Below, in pieces: positions 58,256 to 64,000 of a stretch of DNA of 64,000 bases. Both the position numbers and the translations under genes were made by a program. Source of the DNA: Gammaproteobacteria bacterium (GTDB lineage Bacteria > Pseudomonadota > Gammaproteobacteria > Steroidobacterales > Foliamicaceae); assembly GCA_011523505.1 (NCBI GenBank), contig WTGP01000008.1, forward strand, positions 140,345 through 204,344, given 5' to 3'. The notes beneath the pieces are model-generated. The model saw nothing but the letters and a program-made list of their open reading frames with translations. It ran no database searches and was not told the origin of the DNA. The stretch's first letter is position 1, and the number at the start of each line of letters is the position of its first letter.

Positions 58256-59422
58256 TCAGAGCGGTTCGGTCGCGGGGTCGTAGTGCGAGAGTCCGAGGGT
58301 CTCCTCGGTGACCACGGGCCTTCGGGCCAGTTCGTCGGGGTCCTGTTGCATCAGGCGGTCGCCGCCCAGCAGGGACTGGCGGTGGATTACCATCACGCGC
58401 TCGCGGCGCGCGTGCTCGTAGCGACACAGCGCCTCGCCGGCCTCTTCGAACTCGATCAGCGAGCGGCAGAGGATCACCGCATCCTCGATGGCCATCGCGG
58501 CGCCCTGACCCAGCCAGGGCAGCATCGGGTGAGCGGCGTCGCCCAGCACGGTAGCGCGGCCCCGCACCCATCGAGGCAAAGGCCGGCGCGAGAAAAGCCC
58601 CCACATGTGGCAGCGCCTGCCGGAAAAAGCGCTAAGCACAACACGCGCGTCCTCGTGAAAGTCGGAAAAGACGCCACGCACCGAAACGATGTCGCCGGTC
58701 TGCGACCAGCCTTCGGCGGTCCAATTGTCGGCCCGGGAGAACGCCACGAAGTTCTGCAATGCCCCGTGGCGTACGGGATAGCGAACGAACATGCGCCCCG
58801 GCGCCACGAACACCATGGAACCGGGGCGTGACTGTTCGGCGCCCAACTCGTCCCGGGTGACCAGGCCCCTCCAGGCCACGAAGCCGGAGAACTCCGGCGC
58901 CGGTTCGGAAAAGACCTCGCGGCGCACGGTGGACTTGAGCCCGTCGGCGCCGATCAGCAAATCGGCGCCTGCCTGCGATCCGTCGGCAAAACCCAGCAGA
59001 TAAACGCCCGCCGGATCGTCCGAAACGGCCGTCAGTTCCTTGTCCAGCACCAGCGCATCGGGCTGCAGCGCGGCCAGCCTTTCGCGCAGAAGATCATGCA
59101 GGTCGGCGCGATGGGCCTGCAGGTACGGCGCGCCCTGTTGCTCGCGCGTATTGTGGCGCCTGAAGTTCACGAGCACCTTGCCGTTGGCGTAGTGGCGCGT
59201 GACCTGGGTCGGCGGCTCGTCGGCCATCGCCTCCAGTCGCTCGCCCACGCCCAGGTAACGAAGCCCCTTGACGGCGTTCGGCGAAAGCGAAACGCCGGCG
59301 CCGATCTCCCTGAGTTCGGGTGCCTGCTCATAGACGCGCAGCCGCTTGCCCGCGCGGGCCAGGCCCAGCGCCAGCGCGAGGCCGCCGATGCCGGCGCCGA
59401 CAATTGCAATCCGGTCGGCCAC
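58256..59422 (-). CDS. FAD-dependent monooxygenase (group A, salicylate hydroxylase-like)
   Basis: IAIVGAGIGGL, HRADL, LIGADGLKS, LGDAAHPMLPWLGQGAAMAIEDA. Confidence 0.92.
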   Translation of the reverse strand: MADRIAIVGAGIGGLALALGLARAGKRLRVYEQAPELREIGAGVSLSPNAVKGLRYLGVGERLEAMADEPPTQVTRHYANGKVLVNFRRHNTREQQGAPYLQAHRADLHDLLRERLAALQPDALVLDKELTAVSDDPAGVYLLGFADGSQAGADLLIGADGLKSTVRREVFSEPAPEFSGFVAWRGLVTRDELGAEQSRPGSMVFVAPGRMFVRYPVRHGALQNFVAFSRADNWTAEGWSQTGDIVSVRGVFSDFHEDARVVLSAFSGRRCHMWGLFSRRPLPRWVRGRATVLGDAAHPMLPWLGQGAAMAIEDAVILCRSLIEFEEAGEALCRYEHARRERVMVIHRQSLLGGDRLMQQDPDELARRPVVTEETLGLSHYDPATEPL

Positions 59423-59428
59423 GAGCTG

Positions 59429-61012
59429 CTAAATGCCGAGGGCGCCGGGGTTGATCAGCCCCGAGGGATCCACCTGCTGCTTGACGGAGCGCAGCAACTC
59501 CAGGGCGCCGGGGTCACGGTCTCTCGCATACGGGTAGGCGCGGCCGATCTGAAGGTGCACGGCGCCATGCCGGTACATGAGCTCGATCAGCTCCATGCGC
59601 ATCCGCTCCACCAGCTCCCGGCCCTCGGGGTTCGCCCGGCCCTCGCTTGCGACGCCTTTCATTTCATCCGGAAGGTAGCGGCGATGGTAGGAAAGCCACT
59701 CGTCGTCCCAGTAAATGACCACCTCCCAGAGGAAGCCGGCCCTGGCGCTGGTGCTGTAGACGACGAATGCCTGGACGCTCTTCTCTTCGCACTCCCGGCG
59801 AATGCCATCCAGATACCGCAGGTACTCTTCATGCAGCCCCTCGGCGCTCGAAAACGGCACTATCGCATGCAGGGGCAACAGCCGGCGACCAGTGGGGCTC
59901 ACGATCATCGGGGCGGGAAACGGGACCGCGCGCGCATACTCGGCCATGGTGTTGGCCACTTCGATGCCCCGGTCGCCGACCGCCCTGCGTATCCGCCGCA
60001 GATTCATGCGCAGTTCCGCCGCGTCCGCCCCTTCGGTGAGGAAGTTCAGCAGGTATTTCGAGGCGTTGAGGAACCGGCGCCCGCCCGTGACCACCCGCAT
60101 TCCCTTGCGCAGGGCCTGCACGGGCCCTGAAGCGGCGCGCATGATGGTGAAGAGGTTTCGTGCATCCTGCTTCAATTCGGCCCGGCCCGCGGCCTGCCGG
60201 ACCAGTTCGGTCTCCGCGCCGAACACCTCGGTGGCGAGTCCGCCGCGCGATACGCGCCGGGTCGCCTCCACGAGCTGGGAAAAATCATCGAACGAGAAAC
60301 TCAGGCCCTCGCCGGCCGCGGGACGCGGCTCCAGCTTGAGGGTCACCGCCGTCTTCACCCCCAGGGCGCCCGCGTCGCCGCAGAAAAGCCCGGTGAGGTC
60401 CGGGCCGTATTCCCGGAAAAAGGAGCTGTGCTCCGGCTGCCCTCCGGAACCGGTCACCAGCACACTGCCGTCCCCCAGCACGACCTCCAGTCCCAATGCG
60501 GCGGAAACCGAAGGCCCGTGCCGCCCCGAACCGAAAGTGACCGCCCCCTGGGACATTGCGCCGCCGACGGTCGATAGCCGGCCGGACATCGGCCCCCAGA
60601 ACACCGATCTCAGCCCGTGTTCGGCGAGTTCCGCATCCACGGCGGACCACGTGCATCCGGCTTCCACCGTGGCGTACAGATCGTGCGCATTGATCTCGCG
60701 CACCGCGTTGAGGCGGCCGGTGTCCAGAACGATGGAGCGCTCGCGATCGGGCAGAAAGGCGTCCGTGTACGACATGCCGCCGCCGCGCACGAACGTCGCC
60801 GTTGCGTGCGCATGGCAGACCCGCAGCACGGCCTGGACTTCCTGCGTGGAACCGGGGCTGACCACGGCCAGCGGCATCTCGACGCTGCGGTATACGTCCT
60901 GCGAAGCGAGTTCCCTCGCTTCTTCCGATGTGACCGCGTGCTCCGGCCCGACTGCCTCGATCAGCGCATCGATCAGCGCCGCGCCGTCAGCGCCCGGGCT
61001 ATCGCGGCGCAT
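59429..61012 (-). CDS. FAD-binding oxidoreductase (VAO/GlcD/D-lactate dehydrogenase superfamily)
   Basis: VVSPGSTQEV, RGGGMSY, TVEAG, STVGG, LEVVLGDG, GPDLTGLFCGDAGALGV, C-terminal DPSGLINPG. Confidence 0.88.
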   Translation of the reverse strand: MRRDSPGADGAALIDALIEAVGPEHAVTSEEARELASQDVYRSVEMPLAVVSPGSTQEVQAVLRVCHAHATATFVRGGGMSYTDAFLPDRERSIVLDTGRLNAVREINAHDLYATVEAGCTWSAVDAELAEHGLRSVFWGPMSGRLSTVGGAMSQGAVTFGSGRHGPSVSAALGLEVVLGDGSVLVTGSGGQPEHSSFFREYGPDLTGLFCGDAGALGVKTAVTLKLEPRPAAGEGLSFSFDDFSQLVEATRRVSRGGLATEVFGAETELVRQAAGRAELKQDARNLFTIMRAASGPVQALRKGMRVVTGGRRFLNASKYLLNFLTEGADAAELRMNLRRIRRAVGDRGIEVANTMAEYARAVPFPAPMIVSPTGRRLLPLHAIVPFSSAEGLHEEYLRYLDGIRRECEEKSVQAFVVYSTSARAGFLWEVVIYWDDEWLSYHRRYLPDEMKGVASEGRANPEGRELVERMRMELIELMYRHGAVHLQIGRAYPYARDRDPGALELLRSVKQQVDPSGLINPGALGI

Positions 61013-61015
61013 TGC

Positions 61016-62080
61016 TCAGCCGGGCTTGGTGGCCAGTGTATTGAGAAGAAACGTGTTGGTGGTTTCCTTGCTGACGTCCTCGAAGCCGACCTTTTCAAGC
61101 AGGGCCGCGAAGTCGAATGCGCCGAATGCCTGGGAATAAGGCTCGCAGTTGTAGCGCGCGTCGAATACCTTCCACATCCAGTTCGGTGTGGGAAACATGG
61201 TCGAGTTGGGCGTATCGATCACCGTGAGCGTACCGCCCGGGCGCAGCACTCGCAGCATTTCGCGGACTATCGGCTCGAAGGTGTGCTCGGGCACCTCGTG
61301 AAAGAGGATGTAGGCAAGCACCGCGTCGAATGTATCGTCCGCATGTTGCATGTTCTCCGCCAGGGCCTGCTGAAAATGCACGTCCACGCCCATGTCGCTT
61401 GCGCGCATGTGCGCATAGCGCAACATGGGCAGCGCCACGTCCAGTCCCCAGACCTCCGCCTGCGGATGCCGCTCCTTCAGCACCGTAGTGCATTGCCCGA
61501 TCGAGCAGCCGAGGTCCAGGATTTTCCGTACCTGCCCGTCCGCCGGCAGCCGCATGTCGTCCACACAGGCTTCGTGGATTTCATCCTTGTCATTGTCGCC
61601 CTGGTAGAAAACCCGGGTGCCGTGATAGAAGACAAAGCCCGCCAGGTTGTCGCCGCAATAGCCGCCGGGCTGCAGGTGGATGTCCTCGCAGGCCGATTCC
61701 GGCACATGAAAGTCCGGATCGTAGTGCAGGCGCCCGGGGTTGCGTTCTTCGGCTTCCGTCAACTGGCCTTCCCAGAACTCGCGATCCGCCGCGAAAGAGT
61801 CCTGCAGCTTCTGCCAGGCAAGCTGCTGCTGGCTGCGCATCACGCGCTTCCAGCCGGCAACCGCCGGGCTTCGATCGATTTCCGGCGCAAGCTGTGCGTA
61901 CTGGTCCGCGTCGATGACGGCGGGCATGCCGGCTTGCGCGGCAATGCCGCCCACCTCGCCGGCGATTCCTGGGAACCAGGAGCGTATGGCGAAGTTGCGG
62001 ACCTCGGTCATGTACTCCATGTGGCTGGCGTCCTCCCTTCTCGGGGGATGGGGGTGTTTGCCGGGATTTCTTTGTTCCAT
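61016..62080 (-). CDS. Class I SAM-dependent methyltransferase, copy M3
   Basis: KILDLGCSIG, WGLDVA, FDAVLAYILFHEVP, VLRPGG. Confidence 0.88.
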   Translation of the reverse strand: MEQRNPGKHPHPPRREDASHMEYMTEVRNFAIRSWFPGIAGEVGGIAAQAGMPAVIDADQYAQLAPEIDRSPAVAGWKRVMRSQQQLAWQKLQDSFAADREFWEGQLTEAEERNPGRLHYDPDFHVPESACEDIHLQPGGYCGDNLAGFVFYHGTRVFYQGDNDKDEIHEACVDDMRLPADGQVRKILDLGCSIGQCTTVLKERHPQAEVWGLDVALPMLRYAHMRASDMGVDVHFQQALAENMQHADDTFDAVLAYILFHEVPEHTFEPIVREMLRVLRPGGTLTVIDTPNSTMFPTPNWMWKVFDARYNCEPYSQAFGAFDFAALLEKVGFEDVSKETTNTFLLNTLATKPG

Positions 62081-62148
62081 ATCTGCTTTCCTGTTTCAGG
62101 GGCGCCGATCGCACTCAAAGATTAACGCACGTCGGCCGGCGAACGGCG

Positions 62149-62466
62149 CTAGCCGTCGGCGCGCATGGTGCGGAGGGGATCGAGCAGGCGAGTCACCAGG
62201 GCGGTCAGCTCCTCCTGCCGGCCCTGCGCGTCGGACTCGGAATGGGATTCGATTTCCTCGGGCGTAAGCAGGCCCTTGGAATGCAGCAGCGACTCCAGCG
62301 CCCGGCGCCGGTCGCGCTCGATCCAGAGTTCGCCGCCCAGGACGATGACCGCTTCCAGCAGGCGGTCCATCACCGGATGAGGAAGAAAGTGCGGCTCCTC
62401 GCCGGGACCCGGCAGGCCGGCGCGCTCCACCTGCGCCCGGGACAGTTCGTCATGCTTCGTGTTCAT
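62149..62466 (-). CDS. Small helical methyltransferase-associated protein, copy P3
   Basis: ATG 62466; VMDRLLEAVIVLGGELWIERDRRRALESLLHSKGLL. Confidence 0.8.
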   Translation of the reverse strand: MNTKHDELSRAQVERAGLPGPGEEPHFLPHPVMDRLLEAVIVLGGELWIERDRRRALESLLHSKGLLTPEEIESHSESDAQGRQEELTALVTRLLDPLRTMRADG

Positions 62467-62503
62467 TGCCTGCCTCCCCGGCCGTGCTCGCGTGCAGGCC
62501 CGG

Positions 62504-63433
62504 TCAGCCCGCCTTCTGCGACTCCATCGCGCGCTTGAATGCTTCGTATTCGTTGATGTCGGTGCGCCGATCGCGGCTCCAGGCGGTCGCAAAACCCGTG
62601 GGAAAATCGGCATCGCCGTCCCGGTAGCCGTCTTCCGACCACAAGATGGGAAACAGCGGTCCGCCCGGCGGCTCCCCTTCGATCATCTCGTCGAAGCTGA
62701 CGCCCGCCAGGTTCACGCAGTCCGGCCTCGGATGCCAGCGAATATCGTCGCCGAATACGCGTATGGACAGCGCAATCCGCCAGTCGTCCGCGTGATTGCC
62801 GTGCGAGTAGTGCAGCGTCCATGGATGCACGATCAGGATGTCGCCGGGGTCCATCGCCCACTTCAGAAAGCGGTTGGCGGGATCGGCGCGGAGTTTCTCA
62901 CCATCCGGATGCGGCACGCGGTCGTCCGGCCTCTCCATCTGACGCGCATTGGGCGAGAACAGCCAGTAGCGCACGTCCTGGTTCTGCGAGCCGGCGATGC
63001 ACTCCAGCGAATTCTCTTCGGCGATGGGCGTCAGCGGCACCCAGATCGAGGGCACCATCTTGCCGACCGTGGGCCAGCCCATCCGGTCGCAATGCCATAT
63101 CGTGGTCTTGCTGGAGCGCGGAGGCTTGACGAAGAACTCGTCAAAGAAAAAGCGCACCATGCTCGACCTCATCACCCGGGCGGCCGCTTCGGCCACCGGC
63201 GACTCGAACACGAACTTCCGGAATTCCGGCACCTTGCGCGACATGTAGCGGCCGGGATACGTCGGCAGCAGGCCGACATCCTCGTTGTCGATGGCGATCC
63301 GCCTGGCGGCCGGAATCAGCGAATCGATCCAGCGCCGATCCAGGATCCCCCGCAGGCACACGACTCCGTCGCGTTCGTATATCTCCGTTTCTTCACTGGA
63401 AATGGGCCGGCACGGTTCGGGCAGTGTAGTCAT
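62504..63433 (-). CDS. Phytanoyl-CoA dioxygenase (PhyH)-family Fe(II)/2OG dioxygenase
   Basis: YERDGVVCLRG, TIWHCD (HxD), IWVPL, LECIAGS, MDPGDILIVHPWTLH, RIALS. Confidence 0.88.
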   Translation of the reverse strand: MTTLPEPCRPISSEETEIYERDGVVCLRGILDRRWIDSLIPAARRIAIDNEDVGLLPTYPGRYMSRKVPEFRKFVFESPVAEAAARVMRSSMVRFFFDEFFVKPPRSSKTTIWHCDRMGWPTVGKMVPSIWVPLTPIAEENSLECIAGSQNQDVRYWLFSPNARQMERPDDRVPHPDGEKLRADPANRFLKWAMDPGDILIVHPWTLHYSHGNHADDWRIALSIRVFGDDIRWHPRPDCVNLAGVSFDEMIEGEPPGGPLFPILWSEDGYRDGDADFPTGFATAWSRDRRTDINEYEAFKRAMESQKAG

Positions 63434-63597
63434 GGTCAGTCAGGCCGTCGCAGGGGTATCCGGCAAATGTACACGAGACCGGCCCCATACCGCCAATAGA
63501 AAACGCGTTGCCCTGCCATAAACGCGGTGAATGGCGACTTTACGGTGTCAGCCGCGCTGCATAGAATCAACGTTCCTTTGCATCGGGGGATGCCGCG

Positions 63598-64000
63598 ATG
63601 GGAATCTCTACCAATCCGACCGAGCGGCTGAGCCGGCCGCAGCCGCACTTCATCAACGGCGAACGCGTCGCGAGCGGGGGCTTGCGGGACGTTCTGGACC
63701 CCGCCACCGGAAAGCCGATCTCGCAATTGCATCTGGGTGGACAGAGTGAAGTCGATGCGGCGGTAGCGGCCGCCCGGGCGGCGTTGCCGGCCTGGGCCGC
63801 GGTAGCGCCGGACGAGCGCGCAAGACTCATACTCAGGTTCGCTGAGCTGATGGAGGCCAATGCGGAGAATATTACCGAGTTGTCGATCCTGGACGGTGGA
63901 CTGCCGCGCATGATCGCTCAGGGCTCGGCGCCGTTCGCATCCCTGTTCCTGCGCTACTACGCGGGATGGACGAACAAGATCACCGGCAAGACCATGCCGT
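63598..64000 (+). CDS. Aldehyde dehydrogenase (5' part; runs off the right edge)
   Basis: Not in the ORF track; manual translation MGISTNPTERLSRPQPHFING...DPATGKPI...EVDAAVAAARAA...ERARLILRFAEL...LRYYAGWTNKITGKTMP. Confidence 0.92.
   Translation, partial: MGISTNPTERLSRPQPHFINGERVASGGLRDVLDPATGKPISQLHLGGQSEVDAAVAAARAALPAWAAVAPDERARLILRFAELMEANAENITELSILDGGLPRMIAQGSAPFASLFLRYYAGWTNKITGKTMP

Overview
This is a gene-dense, high-GC bacterial chromosomal segment; the housekeeping proteins (SucA, FumC, PurB, MnmA, AcnA, ThrA/ThrC, TatD) look gammaproteobacterial, and any finer taxonomy or lifestyle is inference only. Housekeeping genes alternate with accessory modules. These are an undecaprenyl-phosphate-type surface glycosylation cassette (GT2, LAB_N, ArnT-like, UDP-uronate epimerase), a TonB receptor/DUF1838-like/TauD/MFS region around tRNA-Arg(CCT), an HMG-CoA reductase-mevalonate kinase fusion coupled to idi, a CusCBA-type Cu/Ag efflux operon, six MFS-superfamily transporters (five MFS, including two tandem paralogue pairs, plus one GPH symporter), an ABC exporter, a split TRAP transporter and many oxidoreductases. 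The strongest candidate for an undescribed system is a two-gene module present three times: a ~355 aa class I SAM methyltransferase next to a ~100 aa helical protein of one shared, unrecognised family, twice sitting among oxidoreductase/oxygenase genes. Other highlights are a TauD dioxygenase with a C-terminal PCP_red-like domain, a MITE-like element whose terminal inverted repeat supplies the purB start codon, an epimerase without a canonical start codon lying in frame behind an amber-terminated microprotein, and a lipoprotein DctP with a probable CTG start. No CRISPR array, rRNA, integrase, transposase or transcription factor was recognised. All family calls come from motif recognition by eye; no database search was run.
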